Shown here piece after piece: positions 37,414 to 48,302 of a DNA stretch of 64,000 nucleotides. Numbering within the stretch: position 1 is the first letter of the stretch; each line of letters opens with the position of its first letter. Origin of the DNA: a virus; IMG/VR virus record IMGVR_UViG_3300025133_000052, positions 1 to 64,000 of that record, one strand, 5' to 3'. A model generated the notes under the pieces. That model saw nothing but the letters and a program-made list of their open reading frames with translations. It did no database searches and was not told where the DNA came from. A program made the translations under genes and the position numbers.

Positions 37414-40344
37414 TTAATATGGTACCCATGATTTTCCTGTATTTACCACGGATAATGTAGTACCACCACTGGTTAGTGTGAATGCATCCATGTGTTCTTG
37501 CCCACCACCACCGTAACACTGCCCTGCAATTGAGGAACTTAGGTAAAGTGTTTCATATCGTAAATTATTTATTACGTCGTAAACTCTACCAACATCTGTT
37601 GCTGTAGCATCCGGTAGTACGGTAAATATACCAGCGCTTTGAATTACACTATCTGATCCAGAAGCTATATAAAAGCGAGTATCGACGGGGATATTAAATG
37701 ATTGACCGTCAGCTGTGTATTCTTGCTCTGTTAATTTAAATGTCGTGGATCCTTGAATATTTATTGATCCTGTTACATTTAATGAGCCTGTTACGTCAGC
37801 GCTTCTTTTTGTTCTAACTTTTCCAGTTGGTTCTATAAACATACTTTCTACTGCATTGGTGAATCCATTAGAATTTCCTGTTAAAAAACTAATACCTCCT
37901 TCATAGACAAATGAGTTTGCAATACAAAGATTATTTGGTGTTGCATGTCCCGCTCCGTGGTAAATTGCTGATCCTGTTATTCCTCCATCTTGTACTAATT
38001 CTATTCTTGGATTATCATTTTCATCTGTATCTGAATCATCAGCTTGTAATTTTAATACTACATCTCCACTCCCTGATGATATTATATGTAATACAGCATC
38101 TGATCCGCTAGGAGAAATCATTTCTGTTAAGCTTCCTGCAACTTTAAGTGAGCCTGTTATTTGATTCTCTGCAGTTGATTTAACGTATCCTCTCCCGTCG
38201 ACCAGTAATAAATCATTTTCATTGGTGTATCCGTAAGATGGACTAGTTACCCTAAATACCGGGCCATTGTCTGAACCAGTTATATGTAATCCTCCACTCG
38301 GTAGCGATGCCATGGAATCTCCATTAATTATAGGTCCTATGCATACATCACCGTACGCTCCGATGAATATACGCTGTGTGTTAAATGTAGAGAGTGTTAA
38401 TCGATTTCCTAAAGACCCATGTAGTGTATTATTATACGCTCCTATGTCTATACCACTCCAGCTATGCTGGACTGAAAATCTGTTACTCCAATCGCTATCT
38501 TGTGAAACTATTGCAGTTGAATTACCCCCTGTAGGGGATATAACTAAGTGTGGGTATGTGGATAATCCACTAGTGTAGTGATTTGTACCTGTTATCGCGA
38601 TATAACTCGCGGTTAACGGACCAGTTATATTGATTGCTGTAGAAGATTCAATATCACCGGTTATGCTTAATGATCCTGTTATATAGGTATCACCTTCAAT
38701 GTCTAATGTTGTTGCTGGTACAGTTTTCCCAATCCCTACATATCCGTAATTGTTAGAATCTACAGTAATTCCATTATTTATTTGTTTTGTATAAAACCCT
38801 GCATCGGTTTCACCACCTAGTGTAGCTCCTACTATAGATGAAGAAAATTGAAAGTCTGTATTACCTATAGATGTTATGAAAGGACTGGTGTATTCTTCAT
38901 CAATATAGATATAAAAGTTAATTGACCCGGAATGCATATTACCATCCCGTAACACAGCAATTGAACTTGAAGGTAAAGCCTCTCTTCCGTAACTATTAAT
39001 AATTGAATAGAAACTCGCTGTACTCGGGAGCCCACCGCTTCCACTTTGATGTTTAAAGCTCCAATCTAGTTCAGCCATTTTAGCTTGAGCTGCTGAACCT
39101 CCGTATAGTTGAACTAAAAATCTTCCTGATTTTGAAGTATAATCTGAGTAGGCGAAGCTTCCGATGGTTTGCCATTTATTATCATTCGCTGTGTCAGAAT
39201 TTATACCATGCCAACTATAGTACCCATTTCGAAGCATTCCGGTTTGACCACTTTGAAAATCGAACCCCATATCACTGCTTCCAGATGATATAAATTTAAT
39301 TGAACTTATATTTCCTGATGATGTTATATTATTTATTACAGTTGCATCTAAAGCACCTGATATATGTGTTTGGTAAGCTTGGTTTGAACCTGATCCATAG
39401 AATATTTGATTTTCTAGGAGGTTAGGGATGTCATTTGTTCTATCTATTGACGATACTTTTAATCCTTGTATTATTGTACCATTTGTTTTTAAAATGATAC
39501 CCATATTTTGTATGAGATTAGTACCTATTGGTTTTGTTGTGGTTAAGGTGCTACCGCTGGCGACATAAACTGTATCACCATCAGATAAGCCGGTAAATCC
39601 AGTTATATTTTCATTTAAAACGCCAGTGACGACAGCATAACCATCTTTGTTACCTGTAGTGTCTAGGTCTTGAGCCAATATACCAATGGATGGCATTTTT
39701 GATGTATCAGATGCATCTGCCTTCCCCACTAATATTCTATTACTACCACCAATCTCCCCTTTAGAATAGACAGGAGTACCAGCATCTAAATTAACGCCCT
39801 CATCATTTCTTACTTGTAAATCTAATCTTTCACCATTTCCTAGGGTTAAATTACCTGCACCATCTGTTACTATAACTTGGCCCTCATCTCCATCTGTTGA
39901 TGGATATGTTAAGTCGTTTAATATAATTGATGAGCCAGAGGCTTTAAATGAGCCTGTAATTTGTACTTCAGCTGAAGCTGTTGCGTACGTCCCGCCATCA
40001 TACCATACATCACTACCTCCAACTGTAGGTAGGTTTACTAGACCTGCTCCGTCACCTATAAAATAATCTGATGTTGTTGATCCGGTAATATTTACTGATC
40101 CTGTAAATTCGTGGATATCTGATAACTCATCTCCGAATATAGTTGAACCACTCGTAAAAATTATTGAATGTGATACACGCATCCTTTCTGCGAATAACGT
40201 ATCTGTAATCGTAAGGGACCCTGATATTTTTAATGTCTCAAATGATCCCGAACCGTTTATTATAGTTACACCATCATCTGGATCTACTTGTAATAACCGT
40301 TGAAAGGAACTCGATATATATAAATTACTTAAATCTTTTGCCAT
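37414..40344 (-). CDS. Tail fibre/adhesin (976 aa)
   Basis: Gly/Ser/Thr-rich with many ITGS repeats; fibre motifs YP..DG..GQV..TDG.GNL and VGIG...P...LDI.G. Confidence 0.75.
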   Translation of the reverse strand: MAKDLSNLYISSSFQRLLQVDPDDGVTIINGSGSFETLKISGSLTITDTLFAERMRVSHSIIFTSGSTIFGDELSDIHEFTGSVNITGSTTSDYFIGDGAGLVNLPTVGGSDVWYDGGTYATASAEVQITGSFKASGSSIILNDLTYPSTDGDEGQVIVTDGAGNLTLGNGERLDLQVRNDEGVNLDAGTPVYSKGEIGGSNRILVGKADASDTSKMPSIGILAQDLDTTGNKDGYAVVTGVLNENITGFTGLSDGDTVYVASGSTLTTTKPIGTNLIQNMGIILKTNGTIIQGLKVSSIDRTNDIPNLLENQIFYGSGSNQAYQTHISGALDATVINNITSSGNISSIKFISSGSSDMGFDFQSGQTGMLRNGYYSWHGINSDTANDNKWQTIGSFAYSDYTSKSGRFLVQLYGGSAAQAKMAELDWSFKHQSGSGGLPSTASFYSIINSYGREALPSSSIAVLRDGNMHSGSINFYIYIDEEYTSPFITSIGNTDFQFSSSIVGATLGGETDAGFYTKQINNGITVDSNNYGYVGIGKTVPATTLDIEGDTYITGSLSITGDIESSTAINITGPLTASYIAITGTNHYTSGLSTYPHLVISPTGGNSTAIVSQDSDWSNRFSVQHSWSGIDIGAYNNTLHGSLGNRLTLSTFNTQRIFIGAYGDVCIGPIINGDSMASLPSGGLHITGSDNGPVFRVTSPSYGYTNENDLLLVDGRGYVKSTAENQITGSLKVAGSLTEMISPSGSDAVLHIISSGSGDVVLKLQADDSDTDENDNPRIELVQDGGITGSAIYHGAGHATPNNLCIANSFVYEGGISFLTGNSNGFTNAVESMFIEPTGKVRTKRSADVTGSLNVTGSINIQGSTTFKLTEQEYTADGQSFNIPVDTRFYIASGSDSVIQSAGIFTVLPDATATDVGRVYDVINNLRYETLYLSSSIAGQCYGGGGQEHMDAFTLTSGGTTLSVVNTGKSWVPY

Positions 40345-40436
40345 TTAGGAATTCCTGCTTGTATTTTTCTAAAACTATAGTTTTTCGTATATAAATATCA
40401 AGTAATTTCAATAATGTTTAAAATACTGTACCAACT

Positions 40437-43400
40437 CTATAATTTATGTTCTAACCGTTCAATTCTTGTTTGTAAATCTTCAATTATTTCTTGCTGCTCT
40501 TTGATTGCTTCTATAAGTAAAGCAGGTATTTTCCTGTAATGTACTCCTAAATACCCATTTTGTTCATTTTCAAATACTAATTCAGGTATATGCTGTTGTA
40601 CATTTTGAGCTATTAACCCTATATCTCTCATTTCTTGATTTGGTGTTTCATTCCATTTAAAGAATACACCGTTTAAATTTTTAACAATTTCTAAACTATT
40701 TGGGATTGGATTTATATTATTTTTTAATCTTTTATCTGATGAAACATATCCAAACTCACCAGTTACGTCTATTTGTAAATCCCTAACTGTTGATGTAATA
40801 ATATTAGAGTAGGTAGGTAGATTTAGTATTTCTCCACCACTGCCAGGTATTTGGTTGTGATAAAATGAGTATCTAGTCGTTCCACTTAATGATCCTACCT
40901 TTACACCATATACAGTTGTACCTGCACTGGCTTGTACGATATCTATTGCAGCTGCGGTACCAGTTCCTTTTGTTTGATGTATGTTTATACCTACAGCGTT
41001 AGTGCCTTCTGAAAGTATATCGTAGGCAATACTTGCTTTAGATCCAGATATATATGTTGAGTGTGCTATAGCGGTATCATCTGCACGATATACTTTCATT
41101 TGATCGAATGCGATCGAGCCAGCTGAGCCAGAATTAATAAACCATGTTTTACTGGTGGGAGTGTGTATTACTTCTCCTACATTAACATCTTCTATACCAC
41201 CTCCTCCTGAACCTGTTCGTTCTGTTCTTATTACTACACCAGCTACACTATTACCTTGTACACCTGGATGACCTTCATATTCTGAAGGTTGAACTATATT
41301 GATACCTGATTGTGTAAACTCTTGATTGGGTAAATAATATGGTGTAACAAATGGACTACCTACTTCAACGATAGGTTGTGTTAGCAGACTACCTGTTTCG
41401 TAAAATCTAAATGTATTGGTTTGATCTGATAATATAAATCGTTTAGGTAGGTTTTGTGGTGGGTTCATAGTCCTACCGTCATCGAACCTGGTTCGAATCT
41501 CTCCCTTAATGAATAGTTGTCTATTATCTGTTCTAAATTGTAGTACCCCGGGACTCGCTCCAATATTACCGAGCGTGGCTTGTCCTCCATGAAGATCTAA
41601 TCCTACACCACCATATTCCCCCGGAGCGATATCCTTTATTGCAGAACCAGACCACATCATCCATCCGGCAGGTCCAGTTCCTTTTGATGCAGATGTAAAC
41701 CCTAAGTATCCAGTTGATCTAATCATACCTGAGGATCTTCCAGATTGTTCTAGGCCTTTTCCGAATTCTCTTCCAATGTACATAGAACCTGTTAATAGAT
41801 TGTTAGCTCCATCTATATATGTGTTACCTCCTACAAAGGATTGATCTTTTAAATATGTTACGTGACTTGCTTGGTTGTTTTCGTAATCAAAATATTCAAA
41901 TTTAAAATCAAGTTTGTCTCCCAGCATTTGTGTTTCGATAGGGATAGTTATTGTTGTACTGTTTGGATTAAATCCCGTCTCTTCTCCCGACTTCACTGAT
42001 ACTTCACTTAAATACCACGTACCTTTTTCTATTTCAAATATTACTGTACCTTTTCCGTCAGCGTCTGCTTCAAACTCAATTTGGTGATCATCGTATCGAG
42101 TAGTGCTAGTTCCCGGGTTAAGGAACCCTATTTTCTTTCCTTTAATTTTTTCTGTACCGTCGTAATCAAATCCAGAACCTGACAAGAATATATTAATCTT
42201 ACTTGCACTACCTGTTTGTTCTGCGTACGCATCAAACTGTAACACATAATCTCCTTTTTGATAGAAATCAAATGATTGGGTAGTGAATAATCTTACCGCC
42301 TCTCTATCTGGTATTTCAGTGGTATTTACCTTAAGGGAGTCGTTTAGTGGATCAATGTGATATGACATTGAGGGCGGTGGTGATATACTATTGTCTGAAT
42401 TATCTATATTCCAGTACTGATTAACTACAGATGCATCAAGAAATAATCCTGTTCTTTTATTAATATTTAATGCTGTAGTATCTACTAGCATCTCTGAAGA
42501 TTCTAAAATATTATCATCAACCAGTTGCCACGTGGATATTACACCAGGAGATTGTCGAAATGTTTTTACTCTATATACGTCCCCTGTTATAGGTTCAATA
42601 TCACTTAACGTAATACTAGCGTAGGACATTGAATTTTGCGTTGCTGTATATGTAGGAGTATCTTTATATGTTATTGAATAATTTGATAAATCAAATTGAT
42701 TGTATGTATGTTTCTTTACTGCACTTTCATTTAGATCAACAGTATATGCTTTACTCAATAATAAGTTGTTAGTATTTAATACTTTTTTTATCTTAGTAGT
42801 GTACGTTGCATTGCTTACTGTTCCGTTTTCCGGTGTTGGTTGTGGGTTGGTTGGTGTAGTAACAGTTAATGTACCACCCACCATTGATGCAGAGAACTGA
42901 GCTCCTTCTAAGTATAGTGTAGGGGCCTCTTGAAGTAGTTGATATTTAACTTGACCCAACCCGAATGTAACAATTTCAGTACCGGTTGGAAATGTTCTAT
43001 TTAGATACGGGGATACTACTTCCTGTATACTAGCGGACGGAAATTTTTCTGGATCAAATAATATTTCTGTACTGTTTCTTTTATCTGATGCAACTAACAC
43101 TGATCTCTTCCACAGTACATTATATACGTTACTGTAATCAGATGATACTCTCCTACCATCTGGGAAGTACTTTGCTACACCAGTCATGTACATTGTTGCT
43201 AGACCAGGTGGTGTGTCGTTGTATATGTAGATTGATATTACGTGACTTTCTCCGTCCTTAGCTACATATTTTGTAAACTCACTATGTATGGGATCACCGT
43301 TAAAATCTAATATTTCAAATTTAATATCAGATCCTAATTCTAAGAAATTATTATTTAACCTAACTTTAATTAGATTTTTCCCTCCTGTGAGTAATATAGG

Positions 43401-43502
43401 TACATCTTTTAATCTAAAATAGTTTGGAGAATCTATAGAAGAGTCTTCTATTAGCGGTTTAATTTTATCTAAACCTTGGTATAAGCTTTTTTTCTTTATC
43501 AT
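40437..43502 (-). CDS. Tail fibre/baseplate-attached protein with a C-terminal intramolecular chaperone (Peptidase S74)
   Basis: SSDKRLKNNI..I...L..V..LNGV.F.W...IGLIAQ.V....PELV...LIEAIKEQ. Confidence 0.85.
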   Translation of the reverse strand: MIKKKSLYQGLDKIKPLIEDSSIDSPNYFRLKDVPILLTGGKNLIKVRLNNNFLELGSDIKFEILDFNGDPIHSEFTKYVAKDGESHVISIYIYNDTPPGLATMYMTGVAKYFPDGRRVSSDYSNVYNVLWKRSVLVASDKRNSTEILFDPEKFPSASIQEVVSPYLNRTFPTGTEIVTFGLGQVKYQLLQEAPTLYLEGAQFSASMVGGTLTVTTPTNPQPTPENGTVSNATYTTKIKKVLNTNNLLLSKAYTVDLNESAVKKHTYNQFDLSNYSITYKDTPTYTATQNSMSYASITLSDIEPITGDVYRVKTFRQSPGVISTWQLVDDNILESSEMLVDTTALNINKRTGLFLDASVVNQYWNIDNSDNSISPPPSMSYHIDPLNDSLKVNTTEIPDREAVRLFTTQSFDFYQKGDYVLQFDAYAEQTGSASKINIFLSGSGFDYDGTEKIKGKKIGFLNPGTSTTRYDDHQIEFEADADGKGTVIFEIEKGTWYLSEVSVKSGEETGFNPNSTTITIPIETQMLGDKLDFKFEYFDYENNQASHVTYLKDQSFVGGNTYIDGANNLLTGSMYIGREFGKGLEQSGRSSGMIRSTGYLGFTSASKGTGPAGWMMWSGSAIKDIAPGEYGGVGLDLHGGQATLGNIGASPGVLQFRTDNRQLFIKGEIRTRFDDGRTMNPPQNLPKRFILSDQTNTFRFYETGSLLTQPIVEVGSPFVTPYYLPNQEFTQSGINIVQPSEYEGHPGVQGNSVAGVVIRTERTGSGGGGIEDVNVGEVIHTPTSKTWFINSGSAGSIAFDQMKVYRADDTAIAHSTYISGSKASIAYDILSEGTNAVGINIHQTKGTGTAAAIDIVQASAGTTVYGVKVGSLSGTTRYSFYHNQIPGSGGEILNLPTYSNIITSTVRDLQIDVTGEFGYVSSDKRLKNNINPIPNSLEIVKNLNGVFFKWNETPNQEMRDIGLIAQNVQQHIPELVFENEQNGYLGVHYRKIPALLIEAIKEQQEIIEDLQTRIERLEHKL

Positions 43503-43531
43503 ACACTATAACTGCATTATTATATATATAA

Positions 43532-46500
43532 TTATGTGTTATACTGTATTTTACTGTAGGAATTCTCTTTCTTAATCTCTATAAGATGATCCATTAGATC
43601 TCTCATAGTGTCAAGGTGGGATATTGTAATAAAGAAATCGAATCTAGATTTAAGATAATCAAATAGCATAAATATGGAATTTAGGTTATTTGAATCTAAT
43701 GTTCCAAATCCTTCATCAATTGCAATGAAGTTTGGTCGCGGTAAAGACGTTATCGATATTAATGAAGTTCTAATGGCTAGTGATGATATAAATTTTTCCA
43801 TACCAGATGTTAGTTCAAGTGGCCAGAATGTATCTTCATCGTAAGCTATTAATGCGTTTATATTTTTACCGTCAGTGTTTAGTATAATATTAAAATCAAC
43901 TAATCCAGTTAAGATTGAATTAACTTCATTTTCAATTTTAGGTAAAGCGCGAGTTATTAATTCATAAGGTACACCATCACGTTTAACGGCATCCATATAG
44001 TACTCATACGCTATATATTCATTTTCTAATTTTTTTAATTTATTAATTGAAGTGTTAATATTATTTTTATCATTTTTAATAACTGTAATATCAGAATTAA
44101 TGGCCCTGTGCTCAGTATCTATAACACTTAATCGTGAATCGGCTTCATCTATTATCTCATTAAAGTCTGATATTACACTATTAATAGCTACATTTGATTT
44201 AATTATATCTTCCTGTTTATAGTATACAGCTATATTATTATCTGTAACGGTTAATTTATTTTGTAAAGACTCTAATTCATATTTTAAGGTTGATGATTGT
44301 GCCTTAAATTGATACATTAATGTTTCGTATTTTTTTAAATCAGTCTGAAGATCATCTAACTCATCTTTTTCCTTTCGAATGTACATCGAAGCCTCTATAG
44401 TTGTATCGATTTCTCGTTGTTTTATTTTTAAATCACCTACAATTAATTTATCTCCATCCAATTCCTGCTTCGTTTGAATTGCATCTTTTACAAATATATT
44501 ATTCATACAGTACTGACATTCAGGATCGTATTCGTGCTCCTCTAACCTATGTAACTTTTCTAGTTTATGATCTACTTTAATTTTCATCATTTCAAGTTCG
44601 TTAGTAATTCCTACACTATTAGATTCTAATTGCGTTAAATTTCGAAACATATCATTAATGTACTCTTCATCATATTCATCTAACCCTTGCTGTGTTAGTT
44701 CTAATAATTCTTTTGCATTACTAAACTCCTCTAGTATTAAATTAAGTTTTTTGTTCTTGACAGCTATCTTTTCTGATGCATCCTCCCTTTCCTCTCTCAA
44801 GGTCTGGATACCACTTATATTCTTATCAATGGTTACTAATTTCGTTGATTCTTGTAAGACTTTATCTCTGTATTCATCTCTCAACGTAATTAACTTATTT
44901 CGCTGATTTTCTATTTTAAGTAATTTATTAGTGTATGTTTTAAGATCCTCATCTATACCTACTAGTTGTGTTGAAAAATCTTCATTTTGATAATTTTTAA
45001 TTAGTACCTGTACATCCCTTATCTCTGATGATGACAGGTCGTATAGGTCGTCAAATATATTAATATCTAAAAACTGTGCTAGTAACTCCTTTCTCTCTCT
45101 TTGGGGCATCTCTATAAATGATGCATTATTGTTTTGTAAGGATAGTGTAGTTAATATAAAATCTTCGTATTCCCCTAAATATGTTTTTATTACCGTGTTA
45201 GTGTCTTTCCGTTGTTCTCCATTGAGTGATACGCGCTCACCAGTTTCATTGATTACCCAGAAATTAACCTCAATACGCACGTGTCCTTTTTTACGTAAGG
45301 CTTTTCGTTCAATATAATAATCTAATCCGTTTATTTCAAAATTAAATTTACACCAAAATGTATTTTTTTTAGTGTTCATTATGTGACCGCCTTTTGTAGC
45401 TCTGCTACTTCTATCAAAACAACAAAATGTAAGTGCATCCAATAATGATGATTTACCTGATGTGTTAGGAGCAAATAATCCAAATGATCCTTTCATTTTA
45501 CCAAAATCAATTACATTATCCTCTCCGTACGAAAACATATTACTGAATTCAAACTTTTTTGGGGACCAAATAACATTGCGGGATATATCTACAGGTGGGA
45601 GTTGTTGATTTAGTCTATTATTAATATCATATATTTTATTCATAACACCTTCTTCAACACCAAACTGTCTATCTAGATAATCTTTAATTAATTTATTTTG
45701 AATATTTACATCTCGAATATTTCCAAAATTAATTTCTGATTCACGGTCACCGCTTTTTTGATTTGATAGAGTGTCAACTCTATTCAATACTACATCCTGT
45801 ACTTCATATTTCTTTTTTATTTTTGTAACAATTTTTTTTATGTCTGCAGCATCTGTTTCTGAAAACTTTATCCTTAATCTTGGTTTTTTAGGTATTCTAG
45901 ACATTTCCACCACCTCACCACAATCAACTTCTAGAGTTACGTATCCATAATCATTTTCAGCTGCTTTAAATGTATGGCTATAGTCATCTAAATCCCATAT
46001 TACGTACCCGTGATTATCTATCTTTTCCCCGTGATTTTGTTGTATTAAACTACTTGAATAACCGATACGTTCTTTTTTATCTAGGAACTGATGTAAGTGT
46101 ATATCACCTAACAATCCTAAATCACACCCATCAAACATATCTGTAGTTACTTTAGTATTTTCTAATTCAAACCCGTAATCAGTTTGAGAGTTATTTACAC
46201 ATCCATGGAATAATACTATTTTATGTTCCCCTTTAACAGTGTTAGGATCAATGAAATTTTCCTCCTTATCAAATATAGACCATACAATAAAATTGCACCC
46301 ACCTATTTCATACACACCGCTATCTCTTAGGTAGTGAAAGTTGTCGTGATCAAGAGCCTTTACGATTGGTGTTAGTGCGTCTAGTCTAGATTCGTTATTT
46401 AAGTTACAATCGTGGTTACCGGCTATTAGAATGGTCGGGGCTATATCAGCTAGATTTTTAAAAAAATCCTGTACCATATCGATTAGCTCTGGGCTCATAT

Positions 46501-46693
46501 CTGTTTTAGCGTGTACTATATCACCACCGAGGTAAATTAAACTATTATCAGTAACGTCATTTTTTAGTTCATTATATAACTTTTCAAACACCTGACGATA
46601 TTCTTTATGTCGTTTTAAATTTCTAATATGAATATCAGCAAAGTGATAAATCTTATTCACACTTCTCCCTATATCAATCTTAACCTTTTCCAT
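43532..46693 (-). CDS. Fused Mre11/SbcD nuclease - Rad50/SbcC ATPase (T4 gp47+gp46-like)
   Basis: Phosphoesterase motifs ADIH, GGD, GNHD, FHG, GDIH; then APNTSGKSS, a coiled coil with a CQYC hook, TSGME, IDEGFGTLD and ISH. Confidence 0.92.
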   Translation of the reverse strand: MEKVKIDIGRSVNKIYHFADIHIRNLKRHKEYRQVFEKLYNELKNDVTDNSLIYLGGDIVHAKTDMSPELIDMVQDFFKNLADIAPTILIAGNHDCNLNNESRLDALTPIVKALDHDNFHYLRDSGVYEIGGCNFIVWSIFDKEENFIDPNTVKGEHKIVLFHGCVNNSQTDYGFELENTKVTTDMFDGCDLGLLGDIHLHQFLDKKERIGYSSSLIQQNHGEKIDNHGYVIWDLDDYSHTFKAAENDYGYVTLEVDCGEVVEMSRIPKKPRLRIKFSETDAADIKKIVTKIKKKYEVQDVVLNRVDTLSNQKSGDRESEINFGNIRDVNIQNKLIKDYLDRQFGVEEGVMNKIYDINNRLNQQLPPVDISRNVIWSPKKFEFSNMFSYGEDNVIDFGKMKGSFGLFAPNTSGKSSLLDALTFCCFDRSSRATKGGHIMNTKKNTFWCKFNFEINGLDYYIERKALRKKGHVRIEVNFWVINETGERVSLNGEQRKDTNTVIKTYLGEYEDFILTTLSLQNNNASFIEMPQRERKELLAQFLDINIFDDLYDLSSSEIRDVQVLIKNYQNEDFSTQLVGIDEDLKTYTNKLLKIENQRNKLITLRDEYRDKVLQESTKLVTIDKNISGIQTLREEREDASEKIAVKNKKLNLILEEFSNAKELLELTQQGLDEYDEEYINDMFRNLTQLESNSVGITNELEMMKIKVDHKLEKLHRLEEHEYDPECQYCMNNIFVKDAIQTKQELDGDKLIVGDLKIKQREIDTTIEASMYIRKEKDELDDLQTDLKKYETLMYQFKAQSSTLKYELESLQNKLTVTDNNIAVYYKQEDIIKSNVAINSVISDFNEIIDEADSRLSVIDTEHRAINSDITVIKNDKNNINTSINKLKKLENEYIAYEYYMDAVKRDGVPYELITRALPKIENEVNSILTGLVDFNIILNTDGKNINALIAYDEDTFWPLELTSGMEKFISSLAIRTSLISITSLPRPNFIAIDEGFGTLDSNNLNSIFMLFDYLKSRFDFFITISHLDTMRDLMDHLIEIKKENSYSKIQYNT

Positions 46694-47625
46694 TATGTAA
46701 ATAATTTATATTCCACCAACTTACGTAACGTGAGTGGTGTTGTACTTATAATTCTTTTTGTTATTTTTTCAAATCCTAATTCTGATGGATCCTTTATACC
46801 TAATTCAACAAAATATACATTTAAACCAGCGTTTAGAAACTGCTCTGCAAATTTGACTGCATTTTTAATAGCATCTTTATCTAAACAAATATATATTTCT
46901 TTTACTTTCTTATTTATAATTTTCCTCTTTAACCCTTCTGGTATTGTTTTACCGTAAAGTGGTATAGCGTTTCGTTTAATAGCTATAGCATCAAAACTCC
47001 CTTCAACTAATATTATAGGCATCGCCCAATTAATAAACATTTCAAATCCTATAATATCTTTACTTATTTTAGGGTTTTTATGTTTAAAGTTACACGCTGA
47101 ATAATATGACCTACCAACAAAGTAATTTAATTCCCCTGATGCATCGTATGACGGTACGATCACCATCTTACTGTACTCTCCTGATTCACAGTATCCTATT
47201 CTGTATTTTAATATATCGTATGGAGTGACACCTCTCTTATTAAGATAATATATAGCATTTTTATATTCAACTCCCTTATTAGGTACCCACAGTGGTTTAT
47301 ATTCTACTGGTAACGTTACGCTATCTATTACCTTTTTCTTTTTTGTAAGGTAATTTAAATTATTAGATCTATCCCCTACTTTTACTAGAGTCGTAAGTTC
47401 ATTAAACCTAGTACTATCAACTTTAAGCTTCTTAAATAATGTCAGTAATGATCTACCCTTGGTATTACATACCCAGCACTGGTAGTATTGTGTAGATAAA
47501 TTTACTTCTAATTTACGTTTATGGTGTCTGCAGAAAGGACAATAGTATGCTCTATTGTTACCACTAGTGGTGTATCCTTTACCTATTACTGAATCTAAGA
47601 GATTAGCTAACTTTATATCTGACAT
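46693..47625 (-). CDS. DnaG-type DNA primase
   Basis: Zn finger CPFC..H...CWVC; TOPRIM VEGSFDA...LDKDA. Confidence 0.88.
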   Translation of the reverse strand: MSDIKLANLLDSVIGKGYTTSGNNRAYYCPFCRHHKRKLEVNLSTQYYQCWVCNTKGRSLLTLFKKLKVDSTRFNELTTLVKVGDRSNNLNYLTKKKKVIDSVTLPVEYKPLWVPNKGVEYKNAIYYLNKRGVTPYDILKYRIGYCESGEYSKMVIVPSYDASGELNYFVGRSYYSACNFKHKNPKISKDIIGFEMFINWAMPIILVEGSFDAIAIKRNAIPLYGKTIPEGLKRKIINKKVKEIYICLDKDAIKNAVKFAEQFLNAGLNVYFVELGIKDPSELGFEKITKRIISTTPLTLRKLVEYKLFT

Positions 47626-47643
47626 ACATTATTTGTATATAAT

Positions 47644-47674
47644 TAAATATACGAACTATTTCTGAATAAAACAA
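47644..47674 (-). promoter_or_regulatory. Bacteroidetes-type sigma-A promoter candidate upstream of the primase
   Basis: Minus strand TTG-N20-TATATTTA versus the established -33 TTG / -7 TAnnTTTG consensus with 19-21 nt spacing. Confidence 0.55.
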
Positions 47675-47699
47675 CTATTAACAATGTTATTCTTCAGCT

Positions 47700-47835
47700 G
47701 CGTACAGTTCGTATATGTTATATTATATAATTAATATATTAATTGTTAATTATTATTAATAATATTGTTTTTAATGTTTAATTAATTAAAGTTACTTTTT
47801 AATAATTAAATTATTTAAAATAATAAAAAATTTGC
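47700..47835. other. Extremely AT-rich non-coding tract, possible origin/unwinding element
   Basis: About 125 nt with only a handful of G/C, between the primase and resolvase genes. Confidence 0.45.
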
Positions 47836-47862
47836 AGACTTCCAACTTTTCTGTAAATAAAG

Positions 47863-48285
47863 TTATTTACATTCTTTTAACCACTTTTCAGGTAACGGTG
47901 CTTTATCCCACAGTACACCTAACTTACCTGCAAAATCACCGTACGTAGTCTTAGATCCCTTACGTATCTTTACATTAGGATTTTGAAATAATATACGTAG
48001 ATCTATACCAGGGTTCTGCTCTATGATTAACTTTAATTTTTTTCTGTCCTCTGCAACCCACCTACCCTTTGTCTCAATAATCATATCACCGCCCTTTTTC
48101 TTCTGTAGGACAAAATCAGGAGTATATACGTGGTCCGTTGCTGGTTTAATGTACGAAATCTTTAAAGTTTCGTAACCGTATTTAATTTTATTTTCATCTA
48201 ATTGTGATGCTGTTCGATCTTCCAGGCCGGATCTAAACCCATGTTTCCGAGCGAGAGCTCGTATTGACAATTTCTTTCTTGGCAT
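47863..48285 (-). CDS. T7 endonuclease I-like Holliday junction resolvase
   Basis: FRSGLE, YTPDF, IETKGRW..EDRKK, IRKGSKTTY. Confidence 0.88.
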   Translation of the reverse strand: MPRKKLSIRALARKHGFRSGLEDRTASQLDENKIKYGYETLKISYIKPATDHVYTPDFVLQKKKGGDMIIETKGRWVAEDRKKLKLIIEQNPGIDLRILFQNPNVKIRKGSKTTYGDFAGKLGVLWDKAPLPEKWLKECK

Positions 48286-48302
48286 ATAGTATATTATTTA
48301 AA

